This document shows, piece by piece, positions 1 to 10,316 of a stretch of DNA of 64,000 nt. The position numbers and the translations under genes were made by a program. This DNA is from Candidatus Latescibacterota bacterium (GTDB taxonomy: Bacteria; Latescibacterota; CBDEFO01). The notes under the pieces were generated by a model. That model saw only the letters and a list, made by a program, of their open reading frames with translations. It was not told the origin of the DNA and did not search any database. The stretch spans positions 160,001-224,000 of the forward strand of contig OZ252149.1 of NCBI GenBank assembly GCA_965248755.1. The letters are read 5' to 3'. Each line of letters starts with the position of its first letter. Position 1 is the stretch's first letter.

Positions 1-2
1 TT

Positions 3-269
3 AGTTCAAAAGCTCATGATTCGTTCTCCAAAGCGCTAAGTCTCAATCCGAAATTATGGGATGCTCGATGGTATCTTGTGGCTATTTACTATTTCAAAGA
101 GAACTGGGATGCAGCTCAATATGAACTCGAAACAATAATAGAGGGTAATCCTGAATATATTTGTAGGGATGAGGCCCTCTCGAACTATATGTACGCGGAT
201 TTACCAACTCACATACCACAAGGATTCTTAGAGAGTGTTCGTCGCCGCATAAGCGAAATGGAGGAGTAA
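3..269 (+). CDS. TPR-repeat protein, 3' part (5'-truncated by the window edge)
   Basis: Frame is open from base 3 and reads AHDSFSKALSLNPKLWDARWYLVAIYYFKENWDAAQYELETIIEGNPE, matching the TPR pattern. Confidence 0.65.
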   Translation, partial: SSKAHDSFSKALSLNPKLWDARWYLVAIYYFKENWDAAQYELETIIEGNPEYICRDEALSNYMYADLPTHIPQGFLESVRRRISEMEE

Positions 270-343
270 GTTATCACTTCCCATAATATTCAGAGAAACG
301 ATGGGCAAAATTTGAAAGACCCGACAATGGGGGGAACGCCGTT

Positions 344-934
344 ATGTTCAGAGCGATTCTTTTGGTATACGTCAGTTTGCTGTCTGTTCACGCCGTGGCC
401 TTTGAAACAAGTATCGCACCAGGTGAGGGCAGAAAACGTTTTCGGTCTCCATCTGATTCTCTACAACTCCATAGCGCCCCATCTATCCACTCGTGGGTCA
501 TAAAGAATCTAAAAGTAAAATCAGGTGCCGAGATTGCATACGATCAAAAACGCTTTAGGACTATAACGCCTGGTCTATTAATAGCTGAAAAATCGGGTAG
601 CATTAGTGGAACCAACTATGGTGTGATTTCTTACCTTTCAGTAGAGGACTACAATAGGTTCAGGGGAGCGAGGAAGGATTTTGAGTATGCGGCGAAAGAT
701 ACTATTGAATATCTCCAATATCGGGCCGAAGGTACCGGCTTTATCCGTTTGGACAATCAAGTCCTTGCAGTCGATCTTACAAGTCAGAAGGTGGCTAATT
801 TGCTTCAGGTAAGAGACCCAGTTGTTGAGTTTTGGATCAGAGTCATCGATACAGATTCCAACCCTATTGGCTGGTATCGTATTCGTGATAGATCCTACTT
901 CTCTGGACCTAAAACTTCGCCCAAGCGCTACTAG
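344..934 (+). CDS. Hypothetical exported protein
   Basis: 196-aa ORF with an upstream GGGGG RBS-like run and a signal-peptide-like N-terminus (MFRAILLVYVSLLSVHAVA). Confidence 0.65.
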   Translation: MFRAILLVYVSLLSVHAVAFETSIAPGEGRKRFRSPSDSLQLHSAPSIHSWVIKNLKVKSGAEIAYDQKRFRTITPGLLIAEKSGSISGTNYGVISYLSVEDYNRFRGARKDFEYAAKDTIEYLQYRAEGTGFIRLDNQVLAVDLTSQKVANLLQVRDPVVEFWIRVIDTDSNPIGWYRIRDRSYFSGPKTSPKRY

Positions 935-1451
935 CTTCTGACACTTGAAAACTTTAGCCGTAATGCCACACTATTGACCGAAAGGCTTTATGGTTAGCTC
1001 GTGATGAACGAGTGCCTTAAATGCCTGTCGTGTCTCTTCCCAAAAGTCAGCTCGACTGAATTTTTAGAATCTCTTATTTATCAAAATTTTATATCTGCTT
1101 GAGATCATGAGATCCGGCAAAGAATAAAAAGAAAGAAAAAGAGAAATTAAGCAAGGCACTCCCGTCTTGGTGAATCAAAAACTATGTACAACTCAACAAT
1201 TCTCTTCCTGACTCTTTCTGCTTTGCCAATCATCTCTTCTACCTTACATCTCTGCGCCAAAATCTTCACTGCACATCCTGCAAGAGCATCTGGCTTGAAG
1301 TCTGTTAAAGGTTTTCCTTCCTGTTTCGTGTTGTTTCCTAACTCTTTGTCTTGTTTGGAGATAAAGGCTATTGACTTTCTTCTTGTTTCGTGTTATTTTA
1401 TGGTATTCCCGCTTGTTCCAGTAGAAATTTAGTAGAAGTTTGGTAGAAAAG

Positions 1452-1590
1452 TCAAGGTCAATCAGTTCGACAACTTCATAGAAGCAAAGACAGAGGACAA
1501 GGCAGAGCGCATGGATATCCCAGTAGATCGATGACTATAACAGAAAGCGTTTCCAGTTATCCCTGGGGTCCAAAACTCCACAACAATAAG
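1452..1590 (+). pseudogene. Degraded IS3-family transposase C-terminal remnant
   Basis: Frameshifted NQFDNFIEAK...DYNRKRFQLSLGSKTPQ resembles the IS3 motif YNxxRxHSSLGYxTP. Confidence 0.4.
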
Positions 1591-1777
1591 AAAAAGATTT
1601 TATATGCTACCCCAGGTTGTATAATTGTCATCATTATTTTGGAGTTACCACACATCCTCTATCGTTTTATCCTTGTATCCGGAACATCGGAATAGATCTT
1701 ATCAAGCACCGTATTATGATATGGTACTATGTAAATTGGCTATGTCTATAGATGAAGTAGTTATATAGGGAGGTACT

Positions 1778-4504
1778 ATGAGGCACACTGAAGAGCTTGC
1801 CTGGGTACACAGAGGCTTTGAGGAGTTTTCCAGGGGATCCTTCGAGAATGGAGGAGATAACCTCTATGTGAACGCCAGGGGAACCATAGAGACGATCCAC
1901 AGGTTCGATGTCAATGACGACGGCTATGTGGACATTGTGTTCCCCAACTCTCATGGCTACATCGAGCGCGGACCCACGTGGATTTACACGCAGGCAGAGG
2001 CAGTGGGCAGAGACTGGTCCAGGGCCGAGTTGCCCAACGACAGTGGGTGGATGAGTCGGGTCGTGGATGTCGACGGCGACGGGTACCTCGACCTGATCGT
2101 AGTGAATGCGGAGAACGGCGTTACATCGGAGCTGGACTCGTACATTTACTGGGGCGGCGCTGACGGGCTGAGCGGAGATCGCACCGAGCTTCCTACTGCA
2201 GGCGCGTACGACGTGGCCCTGTTTGACCTCACGGGTAACGGGTGCTTGGACATCATCTTGCCATCGGCATGGGTCGACCACCACAACGCTGGAAGACCCC
2301 GACTCATGCACGTGTACCAGCAGATTGAGCCACGCAGGTTCAAAGATGCATCAGAGCGCTATGGGCTTCTCGGCGTCGCGGCCCTCTCGGTCGCCTGCGA
2401 AGATCTGAACGGAGACGGCTGGCCTGAGCTCGTTGTGGCCAACTACCGCGAGGAATTCGAGTACGATACCGACTCTTTTATTTACTGGGGAACGGAAGAC
2501 GGCTTTGACACTACTTCGCCTCTCAGTCTTCCCTCTCATTATGCGATGCAGGTTGTTCTGGGTGACCTGGATGGAGACGGGGCTAAGGAGATCATCTTCA
2601 CCGGTGGGAACAGTATCTACATCTACTGGAACAGGGGAGGCAGCTTTCGGCCCGACGACCTTACGGTTCTGGAAGCCGAAGGCAACACCACTATGTTCAG
2701 CCGGGGCGCAATACGTGTGGAAGTAGCCGATGTGGACGGCGACGGCAGGAACGAGCTTGTCCTCGCCACGCTGGAAGGAGTAGAGATACGGGCACAGGAC
2801 GACCTGCACAACGTGGCGGCCGTGCTGCCGATGAAGTACTGTAGCTGGGTGGAGAGCGCTGACCTCGACGGTGACGGCCGGCTCGACTTGTTGACGTCCA
2901 GGTACCAGAACGGAAAGGCATATGAGTCCGAATCGGCTGTTTTCTGGAACGGCCCCGAAGGATTCTCGTGCGACCGGGTGACTTGGCTGTCGACAACAGG
3001 TGCTGTGGGCTGTACTGCGGGCGACCTGGACGGCGATGGTAGACCAGAGATCATTTTCAACAATACACTTCGCGGCCCTTCCCAGTTCGATCCTGACTTT
3101 CCTGTCTACGTCTATCTCGGTAACGAGCAATGCGAGTACGACGCTTCCCGGAGGCTGGAGCTTCCGACAGGAGGAGAAAGTAACACCTATGCATTGGCGG
3201 ACCTGGATCTGGACGGCTATACTGATCTCGTGATTACGTCGCCGGAAGGACTTAGGGTCTTTCACGGCGGCCCCGACGGACTGCTGCCGGACAGGTACTC
3301 CATCTTGCCCAGCCAGGGACAGTCCCTCGCTTACGTGCTCGTAGCTGACTTCAACCGTGATGGCTGGCTGGACTTGCTTGCAGTCGCCTACACCTACGAC
3401 GACAAGCCCGAGACCATGGCAAACTCTTCAATGATTTTCTACGGCTCGCCTTCAGGGTTTTCGCCCGAGCGTTCGACAGTCGTGCCGACCTACTGCGGCG
3501 GAAACGCCCTGCTCGCCGACGTCAACAAAGACGGCTGGCTCGAAATTATCGTCTATAACAAACGGAATTACCTTTCAATGTACCTTGGAGGTCCTGACGG
3601 ATACTCTGAAGAAAGAATGTGGAAGGTCCCCATCAAAGGATCCGGTCCAGACGGCGTGGCAGCCATAAACTGCGCCGATCTGAACGGGAATGGGTGGCTG
3701 GACTTGATCGTGGTGGTCACGGGCCACTACGCCCGCGAGAACAGCGGGTTCTACCTCCTCTATGGGGGCCCGGATGGTTACTGTCAGGACAGGATCGAAT
3801 TCCATTCCACAGACGCCTCAGGCATCCGGATATCCGTTGCGGATCTCAACAACAACGGGAACCTGGACCTGCTCGTCCCGGCTTATTCGACTAAGTTCTC
3901 CCGGGAGTTGCCAGCCTACATCTTCTGGGGTGATGGAAAGAGTTTCGACTTCGACAATCCCCTGCTCATCCCCTGCGATTCATCGTGTGCTTTCATGGCT
4001 GTTGATATAACTGGCAATGGCTACCTCGACCTGTTTACGGTCTGCCACCGCAACGATCTCGGACACCAGGTGGACTCCCTGCTCTTCTGGAACGGACCTG
4101 AGGGGATTTCATTCGACCGGGTCACCCGTTTGCCGGGTCTGGGACCCCATCTTGCATCTCCGCGGGATTTCGGAAATGCCCACACACGCGAGCCGCTTGA
4201 GAATTATCTTTCGCCGGCATACGATATGAAAGGCGCCAAGCCGGTCAGGTTGTGCTGGAAGGCGGATACCCCTGAAAAGACGCAGGTCAAGTTCCAGCTT
4301 CGCTGGGCGGAGAGCCAGCACAAGCTTGAAAGCGCCCAGTGGAAAGGACCAGCATCTGAGGGAAGTTTCTATGAAGAGCCAGGGGAGCAGATCAATGGAG
4401 TGGATAGGGCTGCCAGGTGGTTGCAGTACAAGGCGACACTGGTATCCCTGAACGGCTGCCGTTCACCGAAGCTGGAGGAAGTTCGCGTGGATTTCGAACG
4501 TTAA
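1778..4504 (+). CDS. FG-GAP/VCBS-repeat beta-propeller protein
   Basis: 908 aa with more than a dozen DxDGDGxxD(L/I) Ca-binding repeats; GGGAGG RBS. Confidence 0.9.
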   Translation: MRHTEELAWVHRGFEEFSRGSFENGGDNLYVNARGTIETIHRFDVNDDGYVDIVFPNSHGYIERGPTWIYTQAEAVGRDWSRAELPNDSGWMSRVVDVDGDGYLDLIVVNAENGVTSELDSYIYWGGADGLSGDRTELPTAGAYDVALFDLTGNGCLDIILPSAWVDHHNAGRPRLMHVYQQIEPRRFKDASERYGLLGVAALSVACEDLNGDGWPELVVANYREEFEYDTDSFIYWGTEDGFDTTSPLSLPSHYAMQVVLGDLDGDGAKEIIFTGGNSIYIYWNRGGSFRPDDLTVLEAEGNTTMFSRGAIRVEVADVDGDGRNELVLATLEGVEIRAQDDLHNVAAVLPMKYCSWVESADLDGDGRLDLLTSRYQNGKAYESESAVFWNGPEGFSCDRVTWLSTTGAVGCTAGDLDGDGRPEIIFNNTLRGPSQFDPDFPVYVYLGNEQCEYDASRRLELPTGGESNTYALADLDLDGYTDLVITSPEGLRVFHGGPDGLLPDRYSILPSQGQSLAYVLVADFNRDGWLDLLAVAYTYDDKPETMANSSMIFYGSPSGFSPERSTVVPTYCGGNALLADVNKDGWLEIIVYNKRNYLSMYLGGPDGYSEERMWKVPIKGSGPDGVAAINCADLNGNGWLDLIVVVTGHYARENSGFYLLYGGPDGYCQDRIEFHSTDASGIRISVADLNNNGNLDLLVPAYSTKFSRELPAYIFWGDGKSFDFDNPLLIPCDSSCAFMAVDITGNGYLDLFTVCHRNDLGHQVDSLLFWNGPEGISFDRVTRLPGLGPHLASPRDFGNAHTREPLENYLSPAYDMKGAKPVRLCWKADTPEKTQVKFQLRWAESQHKLESAQWKGPASEGSFYEEPGEQINGVDRAARWLQYKATLVSLNGCRSPKLEEVRVDFER

Positions 4505-4541
4505 GATGCTGCTTGCGTACAAGTCCATCGCTTTCATCAAT

Positions 4542-4562
4542 CCCCGATAGAATCAATCGGGG
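4542..4562. repeat. 21-bp palindromic dispersed repeat, copy 1
   Basis: CCCCGATAGAATCAATCGGGG; related copies at 9121, 20645, 58689 and 61156. Confidence 0.85.
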
Positions 4563-4766
4563 GCGAACCCATATACGGTTCACACGGTATTGTTCTCTTT
4601 GGAGCATTTGAGCAACTTTCTGGTTGTGGTTTACAATCACCAGCGTTTCTATTCAGCGTTGGGTTATCTGATGCCTGGGAAACTCGAGGCGCAGTTTGAA
4701 CTTCAAAATTGCGAAAAACTTGCTTGACCTGTTCTATTCCCCGCTCAGAAAAATGGGTTCACCTCA
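4563..4766 (+). mobile_element. IS3-family remnant (transposase C-terminus and right end)
   Basis: Reads VVYNHQRFYSALGYLMPGKLEAQFE*, then an end GCTCAGAAAAATGGGTTCACCTCA; homologous to 8608-8701. Confidence 0.7.
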
Positions 4767-6048
4767 ATGATTTCATTGAACACGACCAGCTCACTATTTC
4801 TATTGAACGGCATAATCCGTACCCAAATACTTAGCTTATATCTCCATCTATAGGTCTTACTGTGGCGAAAGAAGAATTAACAGCCACGACCTTCAAAGAA
4901 ACCGCTCTCCATTCAATCTATACCTGCCTCAAGTAAGAATTAATATGCAACGCTCACTAACCGGCTGACAGAAGTATTTTCTGCCGAACCTGATTCGGTA
5001 TCAACATTAATTCTTAAAAGATATATACCGGGAGGGACTAAGTCTCCTGACTTATCGACGCCAGCCCAGGTCACCCCATATGCCCCAGAAGAGAGGGAAT
5101 CATTTAGCAATTCAACAACTATATTACCGCTAAGATCGTATATTTGAACCTGGACATGACTCGATACCACACGGAATACCGAAAAGCTTATTGACATCTC
5201 ATCGTTGATCCCATCTCCATTGGGTGTAATTATCTCATGATCTACCACAATATTGTCTAATATCTTATTTCCTTCAAGGGCTAATACTATTGTCCTTTCA
5301 CTGTCTGTAACGCCGTTTGCATCTCCATCATCCACCCGTTGCCATGAACCCGCTAAGGAAGAGTTAGCGACAGAACCGTTGAAAAATGTGCTGAATGCTA
5401 ATAAGATCGCTTGGAACTGCACCTCAACCAAAACAGTCCCAGTAGTAGTCCTGAGAGGACTCGGCAGACGCACCCACAGAGAATCAGCATTGTCGGTTAT
5501 AGCCTTGAATCCTTCGCTTTGGTCGGTGTAACTTATACGTTCCCTAACGCTTATGTCCAGGTTGAGCTGCTTAAAGTCCATCCTGACGCCGGGAGGCGCT
5601 TCAATAAGGATCTCATCGAACTGTTGGGTGGCAGAATCGAACGTGGGACGGATGAAATAGGAAAATTCCTGATTGACACCCAGCTTATCCAGACGGGTGG
5701 TTTTATCTCGCCGACGACATTTGCGGCAACAGGATTTATGAAATTAAGTGTCACTGAACGCAAAGTGGCCGACTCGTAGGGATCATCCGTCAGAAGCGTA
5801 GCCCTGATCGAAGCGAATTTTCTGGGACTCGGAGACGTGATCTTATCCCCCGAATGCTCATAAGGCTGGCTCCAACCGCTCCAGTCACTCCCGGGGAGGA
5901 TTTTAGTGACTATGGGTCCCACCTCAAAGTTCTTTCCCTCATCTAGAAATTTGCCACAGAGTTTTTGGTCAATGACATCCTCCCCTTTGCTGCAGACGTC
6001 TTTGAGGGTCACGTTTTTAGCTCCAAAAAGTTTCCAAACGGTACTAAC

Positions 6049-6227
6049 CCCGGATTTACCCGGCCAGGAGTAGGACAAAAATGCCTGCATCACCTCTGAC
6101 GATACCCCCTTAACCCTTCCACCTAACTCCTGATTGTATTTCTCAATAAAGTAATCGACAAGGAAAAAGGGAAGGTCCTCGATATGCTCGCGTAGCGGCG
6201 GCAGGACGATAGGAACGACGTTAAGGC
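6049..6227 (-). pseudogene. Fragment of a sigma-54-dependent (NtrC-type) activator AAA+ domain
   Basis: Reads LNVVPIVLPPLREHIEDLPFFLVDYFIEKYNQELGGRVKGVSSEVMQAFLSYSWPG. Confidence 0.85.
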
Positions 6228-6234
6228 ATAAGAA

Positions 6235-7860
6235 CCGACATTCCCCATATCACATTCATGAGGGATTATATTTCGATACATTCTTGTTTCTGAATTAATA
6301 TTACCACTTTTACATTTTTCAACAAGTACTTTTTTCAATTAAAATAGTATTTTCCTCTGAATTATCACTTTCTTTGTGTTTAAATCCTCCAATTAGAGAC
6401 ACCTCTCCATCGACTCACAAAAAAATGTGGCAGTTTAAACAGAATAACATCGCAATCGTTCAATCCGGGATAATATTTCGGCAAATAACCTCTTGTCTAT
6501 CCCAACCTCAGCCATTTGAAACGTAATATATCCGCTGTGTCTGACAATCTTCGCTCCGATTTTGATAAATTTCACGAGGAGGCTGCGTAGTGACCAGTGT
6601 TTGATTTTCTTCGGAAGAACAAAACGTCGCAGGAAGTTGCCCAAGTTGTAAGCCAGAACAAACAGCCAGAGCCTCACCTGATTGGAGACGAAACGCTTGC
6701 ATGAGAGTCGGGTCCAGTTCAGAGCATACTTGCCCTCCTTAATCCACTGCTCAGCTCTGCCACGGCCATTGTAGAAGTGTACCACGCCTTCTGGCTTGGC
6801 GCTCATGTTGGTCACGATAAATCCCACTCTTGGGAATAACTCCCCTTGGTGCCATTCAACCTTGGCGACCACTCGCCTCGATTGATCCCAACTGGCCGCT
6901 TTATATTGAAATTCATATAACGATACAATCGGTTTCCTCGGCGGTCGTCCAACTGGCCGAGTCAGCAGGTATCGTATCTTTTCATAGAGTATCTCATTTG
7001 CGGGAAGCCGAATGGCATACAAATAGCCGTTTCCCTCCAGATAATCATAAATCTCAGGCTTTGCGAATGCAGCATCGCCTCGAAAGTATTTCCTATTCTT
7101 CTTGCTCTCGTATCTCTTGACGATCGGTTCCAGAACTTCCTTCCAACGATCAGCACTGTGAACATTACCAGAGCGAAGTAGGACTCCTTCACAATCCCCG
7201 AACTGATTGAAGCAGAACACTGGATGAAAACAGGTACATCCGAAATGACCGTTGTAAGCTGATCCTTCCTGCTGGCCATGTACCGGACTCTCCGAACTGT
7301 CCATGTCCAGAATGATTCGTTGATGCTGTGTTTTACTCATCGCTTTTTGAACCCACTTGCCATTGATATCTGACAAGTTTCTGAGATTGTCATGCTGAGT
7401 CAGTATATCAGTTTCAAAACGTCCTATCGTGTTGGAGCTGGCAGCTTGCCTGCCTTTGTCCTTCTTTCCGGTAATCGCTCGCATGACGGGATCAACGGAT
7501 AATCGCTCGGCGTCATTTACATCTTCATATCCTGCAAGACGGCTGTATATCGATTGACGCAGGAGAGTAGATATATCATGTTGGATATTACGGCCTGTGC
7601 GTTTATCGGTAAAAACCGCTGATACCGAATCAAATAATCCCAGTGCGTAATCAAGGTCACGATACGCAAGAAGTCCACCGTTTGATGTCACCTTTGCACC
7701 ATGAAATTCAAGCTTTATTCCTCCATCAAAACCTACTTTCATTCTTTCACCCTCTGGATGATCAATATTTATCCGCCATTTATGAGTCTTATTTATTGTA
7801 ATATAACATGTTCTGGCGACTTTGACAACCATTTTTCGGGTCTAATATGGCGAATGGGGG
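6235..7860 (-). mobile_element. IS1380-family insertion sequence
   Basis: Terminal IRs CCCCCATTCGCCATATTA and CCGACATTCCCCATATCA (14/18 match) around a full transposase gene. Confidence 0.9.
6435..7832 (-). CDS. IS1380-family DDE transposase (true start possibly ATG at 7742)
   Basis: Motifs LAGYEDVNDAERLSVDP, ILDMDSSESPVHGQQEG, FRGDAAF, FYNGRGRAEQWIKEGK. Confidence 0.95.
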   Translation of the reverse strand: MVVKVARTCYITINKTHKWRINIDHPEGERMKVGFDGGIKLEFHGAKVTSNGGLLAYRDLDYALGLFDSVSAVFTDKRTGRNIQHDISTLLRQSIYSRLAGYEDVNDAERLSVDPVMRAITGKKDKGRQAASSNTIGRFETDILTQHDNLRNLSDINGKWVQKAMSKTQHQRIILDMDSSESPVHGQQEGSAYNGHFGCTCFHPVFCFNQFGDCEGVLLRSGNVHSADRWKEVLEPIVKRYESKKNRKYFRGDAAFAKPEIYDYLEGNGYLYAIRLPANEILYEKIRYLLTRPVGRPPRKPIVSLYEFQYKAASWDQSRRVVAKVEWHQGELFPRVGFIVTNMSAKPEGVVHFYNGRGRAEQWIKEGKYALNWTRLSCKRFVSNQVRLWLFVLAYNLGNFLRRFVLPKKIKHWSLRSLLVKFIKIGAKIVRHSGYITFQMAEVGIDKRLFAEILSRIERLRCYSV

Positions 7861-8607
7861 CTAACTTTCGTTTCATACTTTTTCCGCGCTTTCTTCTGGT
7901 CCCCCTTTTCAAATTCTATGAGCCCGCCTTTGTCAAAGTAGTGGACTTCCGTCTCGGCCGTAGCCCCTGTCTTTGTCTGAATGATAACATCTGTGCCTGG
8001 CGGCGTATCTGCATCCCACTCTATAGAAACCAGATTCTTTGAAGTCCCCAGCTCTATAAAAGGGGATGCTTCCACAAAAGGTAGACTCGATCTGAGACTC
8101 CGGCATGAAGCCCTCGCCGAATAACTGTAGCTGCGCTAACGCATTTTGTCCTGTCCCCCGTCCTGGAAACGCTGGGTAGGTAAATTTGAAAAATTTGACT
8201 TTCGTAATCTCGAATTTTTCGTCGTGATATGAATCACGTACGTTTATTCCGCTCTTCGACGCCACAGTCTTAAAGACTAAGCCCCCATCAGCACCCCCGG
8301 AGCCGTCCGACACCTGCAGTTTGTATAGTTCAAATCCGCCGGGGAGGAATTGGAGCGACATAATTATGCGGGCGTTATCTAAAAAGAAGGCGCCTCCAAG
8401 GTCTAAAAACAAGTCCCGCTCGACTTCCCGAGACTTGTGAGCCGCCAGCAGGTCAGGATCAAAACCGGTCTGGCCGATAAAGATATCCGTTAGATCGCCA
8501 TTGACTGCGCGGTCTTAATTCCTCTCTTCAGGGCTTGACAATTTGACCTGCCTTCTCAAACCCCAATTTGCGAAATATTTGTCGCTCTGTCAAGGGAAGC
8601 GGTATGC

Positions 8608-8701
8608 GCCTGGAGAATTCGAGGCACAGTATGAAGCACAAAATTGCAAAACACTTGCTTAACCCGTCCGATTTCGTGCTCAGAAAAATGGGTTCATGTC
8701 A
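8608..8701 (+). mobile_element. IS3-family right-end remnant
   Basis: PGEFEAQYEAQNCKTLA* followed by GCTCAGAAAAATGGGTTCATGTCA; similar to 4673-4766. Confidence 0.6.
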
Positions 8702-8756
8702 CATTTAGGCAACTTTATTTATTGCAAAGAGGTCATTATGACTGCATATTTAAGGT

Positions 8757-9120
8757 GTGCCAAAATGTATCTACTTTAGGTGCACCAAATTTTGGAAACT
8801 GTCGGATGGTCGATATCGTTGTGAACGATGCCGAAGAAGCTACCGTTTCCGAGCCAATACTTACTGGTATAGGAGCAAGATTTCTCCCTATTGGAAGGGG
8901 ACGTTTCTTGAGTTTTTTTGTCTTGCGGTTCCAGCTTATCGCTTAAGGTTCCGAGTTCCAGTACATCTACATACTATTGAACGTTTCTACCATATGGTAC
9001 GTCTTGCTGTCTATCAAAGCTCTCTGGAGGAGTTGAGGTTCCTATCCGGAGAGATGAGACTATGTTCGGTGGCAAGAGACCAGGTAAACCAGGTTGGGGT
9101 GCCGAAGGTAAGGTTATTGT
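8757..9120 (+). pseudogene. IS1595-family transposase fragment
   Basis: N-terminal Zn ribbon (C..C...RYRCERC); a shifted frame gives DETMFGGKRPGKPGWGAEGKVIV; homology stops at the palindrome. Confidence 0.8.
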
Positions 9121-9141
9121 CCCCGGTTGAATCTATCGGGG
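9121..9141. repeat. 21-bp palindromic dispersed repeat, copy 2
   Basis: CCCCGGTTGAATCTATCGGGG. Confidence 0.85.
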
Positions 9142-9330
9142 ATGCAGAACTCCACAAGAATGGGAAAGAAGATTTTATCTGCCGCCTCAGGGTGCTCAAT
9201 TGATGTCGCTTTTCAGGGGAGCACTACAGTTTTGATTACACGAAACAATAAAAAGAAAATGCGATCACGCTTTGTCACGCACCTCACAATTACACTGTCC
9301 ATCGCACGGCAGTAGATCCTCCGGGAAACG

Positions 9331-10189
9331 TTAAGCTCCTGTTTCAAAACCAGGGTACAGGGTCATGCCGCCATCCACAAACAGGTTGATGCCCGTCACA
9401 TAGTCGGCGTGGCCGAAGCGAGCCAGACAGCTGTCCGCCCGATGTCATCCACCTCGCCAATCCGGTTGTACGGTACCAATTCCACAAGCTCGTTGTACGC
9501 CTCGGATGTGCTCCAGACGTCCGTATTAATCGGGGTACGAATCGCTCCCTGTGAAATGCTGTTGACCCGAATGCGATAAGGTGCCACTTCCTGTGCGATG
9601 CTTTTCATAATCAGCATCACACCGGCCTTGGAAGCGGCGTAATTCACATGTCCGGCCCAAGGAATCACTTCATGAACGGAACTGATGCAGATGATCTTGC
9701 CCGATGCGCAGGAAACCTCCACCACCACACCCCGGCGCTTGAATTCACGTAGCGCTCCCCGGGCACAGAGGAATTGACCGGTCAGATTGACGTTGATCAC
9801 CGTGTTCCATTGTGCCAGCGTCATGTCTTCAAAAGGTGCATCTTGCTGCAGTCCTGCGTCATTGACCAGAATGTCGATCGTGCCTAACGTCTGGAACGTG
9901 TGCTGAAACATGGCCTGAACCTGATCTTCATGGGAAACATCCGCCTGGTGTGCATAGGCCTGCCTGCCACAGCGTCTAATCTCATATATGACTTCCAGTG
10001 CGGCTGCTTCGCCGGAGACATAGTTCACGACCACGTCCGCGCCCGCCTGGCCCAGGGCGATGGCGATCCCTTTGCCGATGCCCGAGCTGGCACCGGTACC
10101 AGGGCTTTTTGTCCCTTCAGGATCTTTTCGATAGGGCACGCCGGCATCACAACGTCTGGGAGGTTCTTCTCCCGTTCGGGAGTACTCAT
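9331..10189 (-). pseudogene. Glucose 1-dehydrogenase-type SDR, frameshifted near both ends
   Basis: Three pieces across shifted frames: LKGQKALV / GASSGIGKG...SSVHEVIPWAGHVNYAASKAG / DYVTGINLFVDGGMTLYPGF. Confidence 0.85.
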
Positions 10190-10316
10190 GTTCAATTCCC
10201 CTTTTGTTGTTCGATCTCTGACCGCCCTTTTGATCGTTCTTATCCCCAAGGCTGTAACAATTTTGCCGACAGACCCGCCCAGCCGATCTGACGCGAGGCA
10301 CCCCCACGCCTTGCCG

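Larger units (their letters stand above)
4940..8514 (-). pseudogene. Large FlgD-Ig C-terminal-domain protein, split by an IS1380 unit, two frameshifts, 5' truncated
   Basis: Pieces 7933-8514, 7861-8075, 5551-6048 and 4940-5700 join. C-terminus reads ITPNGDGIND...IYDLSG...WAGVDKSGDLVPPGIY. Confidence 0.85.

Noticed and set aside
78..934. First two ORFs as integron cassettes
   Set aside because: No RYYYAAC...GTTRRRY attC structure follows either gene.
1184..1432. 82-aa ORF and three GTAGAA repeats at 1421-1450
   Set aside because: Pyrimidine-skewed with no recognisable motif; the repeats are too short to interpret.
5551..6093. 180-aa ORF as a genuine gene
   Set aside because: Chance in-frame chimera of the captured NtrC fragment and the interrupted host gene.
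6123..6338. Similar 71-aa ORFs here and at 31040-31255
   Set aside because: Both are readings of the IS1380 right-end sequence and diverge at the IR.
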